A program made the translations under genes and the position numbers. A DNA stretch of 64,000 nucleotides from Gemmatimonadaceae bacterium. GTDB taxonomy: Bacteria; Gemmatimonadota; Gemmatimonadetes; Gemmatimonadales; Gemmatimonadaceae. The stretch covers positions 2,687 through 66,686 of the forward strand of contig DASZRI010000106.1 of NCBI GenBank assembly GCA_035549215.1. Direction: 5' to 3'. The notes beneath the pieces were generated by a model. The model was not told where the DNA came from. It did no database searches and saw nothing but the letters and a program-made list of their open reading frames with translations. Shown in pieces: positions 9,921 through 18,969 of the stretch (within the stretch, counting starts at the first letter, position 1; every line of letters starts with the position of its first letter).

Positions 9921-10577
9921 ATGCCGCGGGGTGACGAGCTGCACGACGAGGTCCGGTTCTCTGACCGCGAGGATGACGCGGACGACCTCGGCTACGGTGG
10001 TGGCGGGTCGTTTGAAGAGGACGACGAGGAAGACGGCGGCTGGATGACCCACAAGGACGACAGCGACGACCTGTGGGACAGCACCGAGGACCTGGAAGAG
10101 GAAGAGGAGGAGGCCGAGGTGTTTGCCGAGTCCGCCGAGGAGGAGGAAGAGCTCTTCCCGCGGCCGGCCGCCGTGCGTCCCGCTGCGCCCGCGCCGGCAC
10201 CCGCCGCTCCGGCTCCCAAGCCCGCCGCTCCGGCTCCCAAGCCCGCCGCTCCGGCGCCCAAGCCCGCGGCGCCCGTCAAGGCGGCGAAGCCTGCCGCGCC
10301 GGCCAAGCCGGCCAAGGCTGCGGCGCCCGCCAAGACCGCCAAGCCCGCGGCAAAGAAGGGGAAGCCAGCCAAGAAGGCGGTGAAGAAGGCAGTCAAGAAG
10401 GCCGCCAAGAAGGCGCCCAAGAAAGCCGCGAAGAAGGTGGCGAAGAAGCCAATGAAGAAGGTGGCCAGGAAGCCAATGAAGAAGGCCGCCAAGAAGGCGG
10501 GCAAGAAGCCGGCGAAGAAGGTGATGAAGAAGGCGCCGAAGAAGCCGGCGAAGAAGGCCGGCAAGAAGCGCCGCTAG
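9921..10577 (+). CDS. Histone H1-like / AlgP-like nucleoid protein with an acidic N-terminal domain
   Basis: ATG at 9921 preceded by GAGGAGG (9908-9914). The product has a D/E-rich N-terminus (EEDDEEDGG..., EDLEEEEEEAE). The middle carries PAAPAPK repeats and the C-terminus is a KKAxKK-repeat tail ending in KKPAKKAGKKRR. Confidence 0.8.
   Translation: MPRGDELHDEVRFSDREDDADDLGYGGGGSFEEDDEEDGGWMTHKDDSDDLWDSTEDLEEEEEEAEVFAESAEEEEELFPRPAAVRPAAPAPAPAAPAPKPAAPAPKPAAPAPKPAAPVKAAKPAAPAKPAKAAAPAKTAKPAAKKGKPAKKAVKKAVKKAAKKAPKKAAKKVAKKPMKKVARKPMKKAAKKAGKKPAKKVMKKAPKKPAKKAGKKRR
10200..10262 (+). repeat. 3 x 21 bp in-frame tandem repeat (encodes PAAPAPK)
   Basis: CCCGCCGCTCCGGCTCCCAAG occurs at 10200, 10221 and 10242; the third copy has one substitution. 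Confidence 0.9.
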
Positions 10578-10603
10578 TCACCGCAGGCGTTTGGCAGTCA
10601 GCA

Positions 10604-10641
10604 AGCAGCGGGGCGCACGTCGCCCCGCTGCTTCTGTTTTC
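10604..10641 (+). terminator. Rho-independent terminator of the H1-like gene
   Basis: A 12 bp stem, AGCAGCGGGGCG / CGCCCCGCTGCT, with a 5 nt loop, followed by TCTGTTTTC. Confidence 0.8.
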
Positions 10642-10715
10642 GGGGTCTCTCACGCCGCGCCACCGTCATCGTTATTGTTGTCCCATGTTCGTCCCTCCTC
10701 CCTGCACGGCCCCGA

Positions 10716-11267
10716 ATGCCTGAGTCGCCGGTCACCCTCCTTCGCGCCCACGCACGACACGCGCCGTGGAACGCGCGCGGCCTCGCGGCGCACGCCACCG
10801 CGCTCGTGGACGCCGCCGGGATGCGCCCCACCAATGCATCGGCGCGCGCCGCGCCGAGTGCGCGCGCCATCCGGTTCTACGTGGCCAGCGGCCTGCTGGA
10901 TCACCCGGAGGGCACCGGAACCGCGGCCACGTACAGCTACCGTCACCTGCTGCAGCTCCTCGCGATCAAGATCCGCCAGCGCGAGGGCGCAACGCTCGAG
11001 GTGATCCGCCAGGAGATGAAGGGCGTGACCGGCGATGCGCTCGAGCGGCGCGTGGCCACCTCCCTCGCCCCCGCGCTCGCGGTCAACGGCGCCGCGGCCG
11101 AGGCGCCGGCGGACGACGCCCGCGCGCTGCCGCCGTGGCACCGCATCGTCGTGGCCGACGGCGTCGAACTGCACGTACGCGACGATTCCCCGGCGTCGAG
11201 CGAGGACGCGATGCTCGCCATGCGCGAGGCGGTGCGCGCGGCCCTGGGACGCCCGGAGCACCGCTGA
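10716..11267 (+). CDS. MerR-like helix-turn-helix protein
   Basis: ARAIRFYVASGLLDHP....YSYRHLLQLLAIKIRQREGATLEVIRQEM resembles the MerR HTH plus the start of its coiled coil. Confidence 0.5.
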   Translation: MPESPVTLLRAHARHAPWNARGLAAHATALVDAAGMRPTNASARAAPSARAIRFYVASGLLDHPEGTGTAATYSYRHLLQLLAIKIRQREGATLEVIRQEMKGVTGDALERRVATSLAPALAVNGAAAEAPADDARALPPWHRIVVADGVELHVRDDSPASSEDAMLAMREAVRAALGRPEHR

Positions 11268-11268
11268 C

Positions 11269-11973
11269 GTGTCGCCGCGCCTGACGCTCGTGACGGGTGT
11301 CGGCCGCGCGGGGCAGGTCGGCGAGGCCGTGGCCGCCGCATTCGCGGCCGCCGGCGACCACGTCCTGCTCGTCAGTCACGGCCTGGACGAAGTACGCGCG
11401 CGCGCTGACGACCTCGCGCGCAGCGGGGCTCGCGTCACGCCGTATGCGTGCGACCTCGCCGACGCCGCGCAGGTGGACGCGCTCGCCGCCACCATTCGCG
11501 AGGAGCACGGCTCGTCGCTCGATGCACTCGTGAACCTCGCCGGCGGCTTCGGCATGCTGGGCCCGGTGGGCGACAGCACGTCCGCCGACTGGGAGCGCAT
11601 GATGCGCATCAACCTCACCACGGCGTACCAGGCGACGCGCGCCTTCCTGCCCGCGCTGCGGCAGGCGCGCGGGGCGATCGTGTTCTTCGCGTCCGAGGCA
11701 GCGCTGCCCGGTGCACGCGTGGCCCGCATGGCGGCCTATGCCGCCGCCAAGGCGGGCGTCGTCACGCTCATGCGCGCCGTGGCACAGGAGGAGCGCGACA
11801 ACGGCGTGCGTGCCAACGCCGTGGCGCCCGCGGCCATACGCACCGCCGACAACGTGCGCGACATGGGCGCCGACGCACGCTACGTCGAGCGCGAGGACGT
11901 GGCGTCCGCGGTGCTCTTTCTCTGCTCGCCCGCCGCACGCGCCGTGACCGGGCAGGTGATCCGGCTTGGCTGA
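11269..11973 (+). CDS. SDR family oxidoreductase
   Basis: GTG start 1 nt after the upstream stop. Motifs include TGVGRAGQVG (TGxxxGxG-like), NLAG, and an active-site YAAAKAG (YxxxK). Confidence 0.8.
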   Translation: MSPRLTLVTGVGRAGQVGEAVAAAFAAAGDHVLLVSHGLDEVRARADDLARSGARVTPYACDLADAAQVDALAATIREEHGSSLDALVNLAGGFGMLGPVGDSTSADWERMMRINLTTAYQATRAFLPALRQARGAIVFFASEAALPGARVARMAAYAAAKAGVVTLMRAVAQEERDNGVRANAVAPAAIRTADNVRDMGADARYVEREDVASAVLFLCSPAARAVTGQVIRLG

Positions 11974-12018
11974 ACGCATGGCGGGCCTGCGGCCGCAACC
12001 CGGCGCATCCGAGAGGGC

Positions 12019-12936
12019 ATGAGCGTCCCCGCCCGTCGGCGCACCGCCGCGCGCTTCGTGCCGCTGGACCGCGCCCTCGAGGGACTTCCGCTCTTCCGCC
12101 TCAGCGACTCCGCCGAGGATGCCCCGCTGTCGTTCTCCACGCCCGACGGCGGCCGGTGGCGCGTGCTCCCCGCCCCCGGGGATCGGCTGCCGGGCACGTT
12201 CGACCAGGACATCTATGTGGAGCTGATGCGCCGCTTCCACGAGGCGCAGGCCCCCGCGGACGGCGTGATCACCTTCACCCTGCACGCCTTCCTGCGCTCC
12301 ATGGGGCGGCGCGTGGATGGCCGAACGTACGAACAGCTGCGCAGCGGCCTCGTGCGTCTGGAGCGCACGCGGCTCGAGTCCCTCGGCGCGTACCACTCCG
12401 CCACGGCGGGTCGCGCGGTGGACGCGTCGTTCACGCTGCTGTCGTCTGTCGCCATCGAGCGCCGGCGTGAGTCCGATCGCGCGCAGCTCGCGCTGTTCGA
12501 CACCACGACGGCACCGGAGCCGGGCGAGGCGCGCGTGGTCCTCGCGCCCCTGGTTCGCGAGAACGTCACGGCCCGGCACGTCGTCACGCTTGCCGTAGCG
12601 CGCTACCTCGCGCTCGGCTCGGCCGTCGCGCGCCGGCTGTACCGGCTGCTCGAGGTCGCGCGGGCCCAGGGACACCTGGCGTGGCGCGTGTCGCTGGAGG
12701 ATCTGAAGGAGCTGCTTCCCCTCGTGCAGCGGTACCCGTCGCACCTGCAGCGTGTGCTGCAGCCCGCCCATGACGCGCTGGTCGAGGTCGGCGTCCTTCG
12801 CAGTGCCACCGTTCGGCAGCATCGGCGGGCCTGGCACGTGGACTACGTGCTTGGCCACCGGGACGCCGGCCCCGTGGGCGGGGCGGGACAGGGAGCGTCA
12901 GCGCAGGCGGGCGGGACCGCGCCCCCTGCCACGTGA
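12019..12936 (+). CDS. Replication initiator protein A (RPA/RepA-like) family protein
   Basis: LEGLPLFRLSDS..., GTFDQDIYVELM, FTLHAFLRSMGRRVDGRTYEQLRSGLVRLERTRLES follow the pattern I know from plasmid RepA proteins of the RPA family (PLFSLS..., DxDiLiy, G..Y..l..aL.RL..T.i). Confidence 0.6.
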   Translation: MSVPARRRTAARFVPLDRALEGLPLFRLSDSAEDAPLSFSTPDGGRWRVLPAPGDRLPGTFDQDIYVELMRRFHEAQAPADGVITFTLHAFLRSMGRRVDGRTYEQLRSGLVRLERTRLESLGAYHSATAGRAVDASFTLLSSVAIERRRESDRAQLALFDTTTAPEPGEARVVLAPLVRENVTARHVVTLAVARYLALGSAVARRLYRLLEVARAQGHLAWRVSLEDLKELLPLVQRYPSHLQRVLQPAHDALVEVGVLRSATVRQHRRAWHVDYVLGHRDAGPVGGAGQGASAQAGGTAPPAT

Positions 12937-12967
12937 ACGCTTTTCGGGGTGCGGAGTAGTACGTGGC

Positions 12968-13183
12968 ATGGCCACGAAACTCACCCACGAGATCCGTCGC
13001 GAAATCGAGCTCGACGGCGAGCTGTACACCGTGGTGATCTCACCCCGGGGCATCCGGTTGTCCCGCAAGCGCTTCCGCTCGGGCCGCGGCCTGAGCTGGC
13101 GTGCGCTCTGGCGCCAGGGGCTGCCCGACATCCAGGCGGGGCCGCAGGGATCGCCTGTCCCGGGAGACCCGGCGTCGGTGTAG
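12968..13183 (+). CDS. Small hypothetical protein (71 aa)
   Basis: MATKLTHEIRREIELDGELYTVVISPRGIRLSRKRFRSGRGLSWRALW... lies directly downstream of the RepA-like gene. I recognise no family. Confidence 0.35.
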   Translation: MATKLTHEIRREIELDGELYTVVISPRGIRLSRKRFRSGRGLSWRALWRQGLPDIQAGPQGSPVPGDPASV

Positions 13184-13217
13184 TTTACGACAGCCACCTT
13201 CCGGGGTACCGCAGTCC

Positions 13218-14822
13218 ATGTTCCGCAATCGCAAGTTCGCTGCCGCCGCCATCATCCTGCTCGTGCCGGTCGTTGCCGGCGGGTTCCTGCTGCAGGAAAA
13301 GGGATCACACAACGGCGCGGTGCTGCTCGACCAGGTGTTCTCGCTCGTGTCCAGCCGCTTCGTGGACAGCGTGGACACCTCGGACCTGTATGAGAAGGCC
13401 GCGCGCGGCCTGGTCCGCGAGCTGAACGACCCGTACAGCCAGCTGTTTTCGCCCAAGGAGCTCAAGGCGTTCACCACGAACACCAACGGGCACTACGGCG
13501 GCATCGGCATGCAGATCGAGGACCACGACGGGTTCATCACCGTCAGCAAGGTCTTCCCCAACACGCCGGCCGAGGCGGCGGGCGTGATCGAAGGCGACCG
13601 GATCGTCAAGGTAGACTCGCTGTCGTCGCGCGGGTGGTCGCTGAACCAGACGTCCGACTACCTCACGGGCACGCCGGGCACGAAGGTGAAGGTCACCTTC
13701 AGCCGGCCGGGCGTCACGCAGCCCATCGAGGTGCAGTTCACGCGCGCGGTGATCCGCATTCCCGCCGTGCCCTTCGGCATCATGTTCGACGGCCGCGTGG
13801 GCTACGTGCCGCTGCAGCAGTACAACGAGACCGCCGCGTCCGAGGTGCGCACCGCCGTGCAGGCTCTCGTGAAGCAGGGCGCGCGAGGGATCATCCTCGA
13901 CGAGCGCGGGAATCCGGGCGGGATCCTGGACCAGAGCCTCGAGCTCAGCAACCTGTTCCTGAAGGACGGGCAGGAGATCGCGTCGGTGCGCGGCCGGGAA
14001 GGCCCGCCCTCGGTGTACAACGCCAAGGGCCAGCCGCTGCTCCCGAACACGCCGCTGATCGTGCTCACCGACGGTGGCACGGCATCGGCCGCGGAGATCG
14101 TGGCCGGCGCGCTGCAGGACCACGACCGCGCGCTGATCGTCGGCCAGACGAGCTTCGGCAAGGGCCTCGTGCAGTCCGTCTACAACCTGGATGACGGCTA
14201 CGCGCTCAAGCTCACGACCGCGAAGTGGTACACGCCGAGCGGCCGCTCCATCCAGCGCCCGCGCAAGTACGTGGACGGGCACTTCGTGGAGACGCCGCCG
14301 GACTCGTCGGAGAACGACTCGACCAAGAAGGCGCGCCCCGCGTACAAGTCGGACGCGGGCCGCGTGGTGTATGGCGGCGGCGGCATCACGCCGGACGTGA
14401 TCGTGTCCGACGACACGCTCACCACGGCGGAGCAGAAGTTCGCCAGGGCCATCGCCCCGCGCTCGCAGGACGTGTACCTCACGCTGTACGCGTTCGCCCT
14501 CGACCTCTCGCACCACGTGTCGCGCGGCTTCACGTTCCAGCCCGCGTGGCGCGAGGAGTTCCTCAAGCAGCTCGAGGCGCGCGGCATCACGATCGACCAC
14601 CAGCAGTACGAGGCCGCGTCGCGCTACGTGGACCGCCTGATCGAGCAGCGCCTGTCGCGCTTCGTCGAGGGCGACTCCACGGCCAAGCGCCGCGACCTCC
14701 GGTTCGACGCGCCGCTGCAGCGCGCCATCGCCCTGATGGACAAGGCGAGCACCCAGAAGGACCTGTATGCCGAAGCCGGCCTGAGCCGTACCCCTGCGGC
14801 GGCCACGGCGAAGAAGCCCTGA
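13218..14822 (+). CDS. S41 family carboxyl-terminal processing peptidase (PDZ-containing)
   Basis: N-terminal anchor MFRNRKFAAAAIILLVPVV. GGIGMQI, PDZ (PAEAAGVIEGDRIVKVD), RGNPGG, TASAAEIVAGALQD and FGKGLVQ motifs are present. Confidence 0.9.
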   Translation: MFRNRKFAAAAIILLVPVVAGGFLLQEKGSHNGAVLLDQVFSLVSSRFVDSVDTSDLYEKAARGLVRELNDPYSQLFSPKELKAFTTNTNGHYGGIGMQIEDHDGFITVSKVFPNTPAEAAGVIEGDRIVKVDSLSSRGWSLNQTSDYLTGTPGTKVKVTFSRPGVTQPIEVQFTRAVIRIPAVPFGIMFDGRVGYVPLQQYNETAASEVRTAVQALVKQGARGIILDERGNPGGILDQSLELSNLFLKDGQEIASVRGREGPPSVYNAKGQPLLPNTPLIVLTDGGTASAAEIVAGALQDHDRALIVGQTSFGKGLVQSVYNLDDGYALKLTTAKWYTPSGRSIQRPRKYVDGHFVETPPDSSENDSTKKARPAYKSDAGRVVYGGGGITPDVIVSDDTLTTAEQKFARAIAPRSQDVYLTLYAFALDLSHHVSRGFTFQPAWREEFLKQLEARGITIDHQQYEAASRYVDRLIEQRLSRFVEGDSTAKRRDLRFDAPLQRAIALMDKASTQKDLYAEAGLSRTPAAATAKKP

Positions 14823-14836
14823 TCCGGGTCACGACC

Positions 14837-15877
14837 ATGCGTACTTCCCTTCGTGCCGCCGCCATGGGTGTCCTGGCGGCGGTGTCGTCCGCCGCGGCGC
14901 AGTCCCCGGTGCTCAAGCCGTTTCCCGGCGAGCGCCACCTGGCGAACATCCGCCAGCTCACCTTCGGCGGCGAGAACGCGGAAGCGTACTTCAGCGCCGA
15001 TGGCAAGCGGCTGATCTTCCAGTCCACGCGCAATGGCCGCACGTGCGACCAGCAGTACATCATGGACATCGACGGCTCGCACGTGCACCGCGTGTCCACC
15101 GGCACCGGCAAGACGACGTGCGGCTACTTCTTTGGCGGCGACCGGAAGATCTTCTTCGCCTCCACGCACGCCGTGGACACCACATGCCCGCCCAGGCCCG
15201 ATCCGTCCAAGGGCTACGTGTGGCGCCTCGACCCGTACGACATCTACACCGCGAATGCCGACGGCACCGGGCTCAGGCGCCTGACGTCCAACAACGTCTA
15301 CACGGCAGAAGGCACGCTGTCCCCTGACGGCCAGACCATCGTGTTCACGTCGCTCAAGAACGGCGACCTGGACATCTATACGATGCGGATCGATGGCACG
15401 CATGTGAAGCAGCTCACGCACACGCCAGGGTACGACGGCGGCCCGTTCTTCTCGCCCGACGGCAAGAAGATCGTGTACCGCGCCTGGCACCCGACGGACA
15501 CCGCGCTGACGAACTACCAGGAGCTGCTGCGCCAGGGACTCGTGCGGCCGAATCGCATGGAGATCTGGGTGATGAACGCCGACGGCAGCGACCAGCATCA
15601 GGTCACGTCGCTCGGCGGCGCGAACTTCGCGCCGTACTTCACGCCCGATGGGCGCAAGATCATCTTCTCGTCGAATTACAAGAATCCGCACAGCCGGAAC
15701 TTCGACCTGTACCTGGTCAACCCGGACGGCACCGGGCTCGAGCAGGTGACCACCCACCCCGAGTTCGACGGATTCCCGATGTTCAGCCCCGACGGCAGGA
15801 AGATCGTATGGGCCTCGGACCGTCACGGGCAGAAACTCGGCGAGACCGATATCTTCATCGCCGACTGGGTGCCCTGA
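14837..15877 (+). CDS. TolB-like WD40/PD40 beta-propeller protein, secreted
   Basis: Signal peptide [22 protein letters not shown], then repeated SPDG/SADGK..IVF/IFS PD40 repeats. Confidence 0.8.
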   Translation: MRTSLRAAAMGVLAAVSSAAAQSPVLKPFPGERHLANIRQLTFGGENAEAYFSADGKRLIFQSTRNGRTCDQQYIMDIDGSHVHRVSTGTGKTTCGYFFGGDRKIFFASTHAVDTTCPPRPDPSKGYVWRLDPYDIYTANADGTGLRRLTSNNVYTAEGTLSPDGQTIVFTSLKNGDLDIYTMRIDGTHVKQLTHTPGYDGGPFFSPDGKKIVYRAWHPTDTALTNYQELLRQGLVRPNRMEIWVMNADGSDQHQVTSLGGANFAPYFTPDGRKIIFSSNYKNPHSRNFDLYLVNPDGTGLEQVTTHPEFDGFPMFSPDGRKIVWASDRHGQKLGETDIFIADWVP

Positions 15878-15977
15878 CCGCCGCCGGATGCGCTGGCGAC
15901 CAGGCCCGTGGTCGCCAGTGATTCGTTCGCCGACCCGGGGGCTTCCCGTCGGCGACTCCTTCCGCGACGGAGCGGGC

Positions 15978-16922
15978 ATGGAGCGGGACAGCAAGATCTA
16001 CGTCGCAGGACACCTCGGGCTCGTGGGATCGGCACTCGTGCGCGAGCTGCGCGCACAGGGGTACCAACGGCTAGTGCACCGCACGCGCGCCGAGCTCGAC
16101 CTGCTGCGACGTGATGCCGTGGACGCGTTCTTCCGCGAGGAACGGCCCGACTACGTGCTGCTCGCGGCCGCGCGCGTGGGCGGCATCGTGGCGAACAACA
16201 CGTATCCCGCCGACTTCATCCGCGAGAACCTCGAGGTCCAGCTCAACGTCATCGACGCCGCGTATCGGCACGGCGTGCGCAAGCTGCTCTTCCTGGGCAG
16301 CGCGTGCATCTACCCGAAGATCGTGCCGCAGCCGATCCGCGAGGCGTACCTGCTGTCGGGCCCGCTCGAGCCCACCAACGCGCCGTACGCGATCGCAAAG
16401 ATCGCCGGCATCTCGCTCTGCCAGTCGTACAACCGGCAGTACGGCACGAACTTCGTCAGCGTGATGCCGACGAACCTCTACGGCCCCGGCGACAACTTCG
16501 ACCTGCAGAACAGCCACGTGATCCCGGCGCTGCTCCGCAAGTTCGACGAGGCGCGCGAGGCGCGGCTGCCCAGCGTCACGATCTGGGGAAGCGGCACGCC
16601 GCGGCGCGAGTTCCTCCATGTGGACGACATGGCGAGCGCCTGCGTGTTCGTCATGCAGCGCTACGACTCGTCCGAGATCATCAACATCGGGTGCGGGGAA
16701 GACATCTCGATCGGCGAACTCGCGGAGCTTGTGCGCCAGGTCACCGGATTCGAGGGTGCGCTCGAGTTCGACCGGTCAAAACCCGATGGGACTCCAATGC
16801 GTCGCCTGGACGTGAGCCGGCTCCAGGCCATGGGCTGGGCGCCTCGCATCCCCCTGCGAGAGGGACTCGAGTCCACCTACGCCTGGTACAGGGCGAACAA
16901 GGAAACCGCGAGGCACGGCTAG
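15978..16922 (+). CDS. fcl: GDP-L-fucose synthase
   Basis: [50 protein letters not shown] (YxxxK) and PALLRKF...[16 protein letters not shown] are classic Fcl/WcaG features. Confidence 0.9.
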   Translation: MERDSKIYVAGHLGLVGSALVRELRAQGYQRLVHRTRAELDLLRRDAVDAFFREERPDYVLLAAARVGGIVANNTYPADFIRENLEVQLNVIDAAYRHGVRKLLFLGSACIYPKIVPQPIREAYLLSGPLEPTNAPYAIAKIAGISLCQSYNRQYGTNFVSVMPTNLYGPGDNFDLQNSHVIPALLRKFDEAREARLPSVTIWGSGTPRREFLHVDDMASACVFVMQRYDSSEIINIGCGEDISIGELAELVRQVTGFEGALEFDRSKPDGTPMRRLDVSRLQAMGWAPRIPLREGLESTYAWYRANKETARHG

Positions 16923-17108
16923 CGGCCGTGTCAATGCATTGAAATTCATGTAATTCCGGCCGGGCGGATTGGGAGCCGGTGTCTCGTTTCTTTACGTTGC
17001 CTAATTTCTGGTGGGGCGTCACTTTACTGTCGTCGCCGCACCTCAGCGTATCGGCGGCACGACGGCCTGGTGCGACGATGCACTGGGACACCCCAGACGA
17101 CCCGCTCG

Positions 17109-18632
17109 ATGGCCCTGACCATCCTCATCCTCGCAACGCTTGCTTCACTGGCCGCTACGCGGTGGCTGGTGAGAGTGGCTCCGACGCAGCGTGAGCCCAG
17201 CATCGTGCCGATCACGTATCGGCCGGGTTCGGCGCCTGCCGTCCCGCGCGTGGGTGGTGTCGCGGTGTTCGTTGCGCTGATGGTCGCACTTGTCATTGCT
17301 GCGCTCGCCGGCTCACGCGGCGTGGACATGATGCTCGAGCACGCGCAGTTGTACGCCGGCATCCTGGCCGGCAGCGTGCTCATCCTCGCAGTCGGCCTGG
17401 CCGACGACCTGCTCGACCTCTCCCCCGCCGTGAAGCTCGCGGCGCAGGCGATTGCCGCGACGGTCGCGTGCACGGGTGGCCTTTGCCTCAAGACCGTCGC
17501 GCTGACGCCGTCGCTGACGGTGTCGCTCGGCTGGGTCGGCATCCCGCTCACGATCCTCTGGGTCGTGACGGTCACGAACGCGTTCAACTTCATCGACGGC
17601 CTGGACGGCCTCGCGTCGAGCATCGGCATCGTGGGCTTCGGCGCCACGCTGGTGTCGGCGTGGGTGCTTGGGCGCGCCGACGTCATGCTCCTCTCGGTCG
17701 GCATGATCGGCGCGCTGCTCGGCTTCCTGCGCTACAACTTCGCGCCGGCGCGCATCTACCTCGGCGACTGCGGCAGCCTGTTCGTCGGCTACATGCTCGC
17801 GGTCGGCTCGCTGGTCGGCGCCACTTCGCCGTCCTCCGGATCGCTGATCTACGTCCCGGTGTTCGCGCTCGCGCTGCCGCTCCTCGATGCGGCCGTCGCA
17901 ATCGTCCGGCGGTGGCTGCGCAGCATGCCGGTGTGGAAGGGCGACCACCGGCACATCCACCATCGCGTCCAGTCGCTCGGCCTGTCCAAGCCGGCCAGCG
18001 TCGGCGTGCTGGTGCTCGGCGCGGCCCTGCTTGCCACCAGCGGCCTGCTCGCCGCGTTCGCGAGCGCGGACGCCTTCCCGTCCGTTGCGGTGATGATTGC
18101 GGCGACGGTGGTGACGATGGTCGGCTACGGACTGCGCCGCCTGGGATACTACGAGTTTGCCGCGCTGCGCGCCGCCCTGCGGGCGCGGCCGGCCTCGGTG
18201 CGGCAGTTCATCCGGGAGGAGATCCGCCTGCGTGACGCCGAGTGCGAGATCCGCACGGCGCGCGACATGGAGGACCTGCGGACCACGCTGGACCGGTGCG
18301 CGCTGGCGTTCGGCCTCGATCGGATCGAGATTTCGCGCAGCAGGCCCCGGATCCGTCGCTCGTGGCAGGGCACCTATCGCGACCTGGTCATCACGCCCGC
18401 GGCGCAACGCGCCTCCGATGCGTGGAACCTGCGCGTCTGGCACGGCGAGTATGGCTCGCCCGGCGAGGCCCTTGTGCAGCGCGTGGGTGCAGCGCTGGCG
18501 CGGGCGACGGAAGGGTGGCTGCGTGACTATGGCTTGCTGCTCGCAGGCCGGCCTTCGCCGGCCCTTACCGAACCCGCGGCGCACTTGCGCCTGCGCACCG
18601 CGTTCCGCCGATCGCGCCTGGCCGAGGCCTGA
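17109..18632 (+). CDS. WecA/MraY-family polyprenyl-phosphate sugar-1-phosphate transferase with a C-terminal extension of about 150 aa
   Basis: Multi-TM protein with LADDLLDLSP and VTNAFNFIDGLDGLA signature motifs. The last ~150 residues (ALRAALRARPASVRQF...RSRLAEA) are soluble and of unknown family. Confidence 0.85.
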   Translation: MALTILILATLASLAATRWLVRVAPTQREPSIVPITYRPGSAPAVPRVGGVAVFVALMVALVIAALAGSRGVDMMLEHAQLYAGILAGSVLILAVGLADDLLDLSPAVKLAAQAIAATVACTGGLCLKTVALTPSLTVSLGWVGIPLTILWVVTVTNAFNFIDGLDGLASSIGIVGFGATLVSAWVLGRADVMLLSVGMIGALLGFLRYNFAPARIYLGDCGSLFVGYMLAVGSLVGATSPSSGSLIYVPVFALALPLLDAAVAIVRRWLRSMPVWKGDHRHIHHRVQSLGLSKPASVGVLVLGAALLATSGLLAAFASADAFPSVAVMIAATVVTMVGYGLRRLGYYEFAALRAALRARPASVRQFIREEIRLRDAECEIRTARDMEDLRTTLDRCALAFGLDRIEISRSRPRIRRSWQGTYRDLVITPAAQRASDAWNLRVWHGEYGSPGEALVQRVGAALARATEGWLRDYGLLLAGRPSPALTEPAAHLRLRTAFRRSRLAEA

Positions 18633-18656
18633 TCCACGGTGCCGGGAGGTCGTGTC

Positions 18657-18944
18657 ATGCCCGGCCCGCTGACGATCGACTCGCGGGTCGCCGCGGCGCC
18701 CGACCAGCTCTCGACGCAGCTCTCCGGCGAGACCGTCATCCTCGCCCTGCAGAGCGGGCAGTACTTCGGGCTCGATCCCGTCGGCACGTACATCTGGGAG
18801 TTCCTGCGCGAGCCGCGCCGCGTGCACGAGGTGGTGGCGCACGTCGTCTCCCGGTACGACGTCAGCGACGAGCAGTGCACGCGCGACGTGCTGGCGCTGA
18901 TGGGTGAGCTCGCGTCGCACGGCCTCGTCACCATCGAGGAGTGA
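18657..18944 (+). CDS. PqqD-family RiPP recognition element (lasso B1-type)
   Basis: ATG at 18657, 6 nt after GGGAGGT. The sequence is ...LSGETVILALQSGQYFGLDPVGTYIWEFLREPRRVHEVVAHVVSRYDVSDEQCTRDVLALMGELASHGLVTIEE. This fits the PqqD pattern (x-v-l-l-sg-yy-LN-vg--iW, then an acidic helix, then L---gli). Confidence 0.8.
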   Translation: MPGPLTIDSRVAAAPDQLSTQLSGETVILALQSGQYFGLDPVGTYIWEFLREPRRVHEVVAHVVSRYDVSDEQCTRDVLALMGELASHGLVTIEE

Positions 18945-18969
18945 GGCTGCGCCGTCGGCTGCGCATGCC

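Noticed and set aside
18150-18632. The C-terminal extension of the WecA-like protein as the missing lasso B2 protease
   Set aside because: The only support is a single Cys...His spacing (DRCALAFG...VWHGE). There is no HAW-type motif, no clear Asp, and nothing I can verify without a profile search. I kept it only as a testable idea under the wecA finding.
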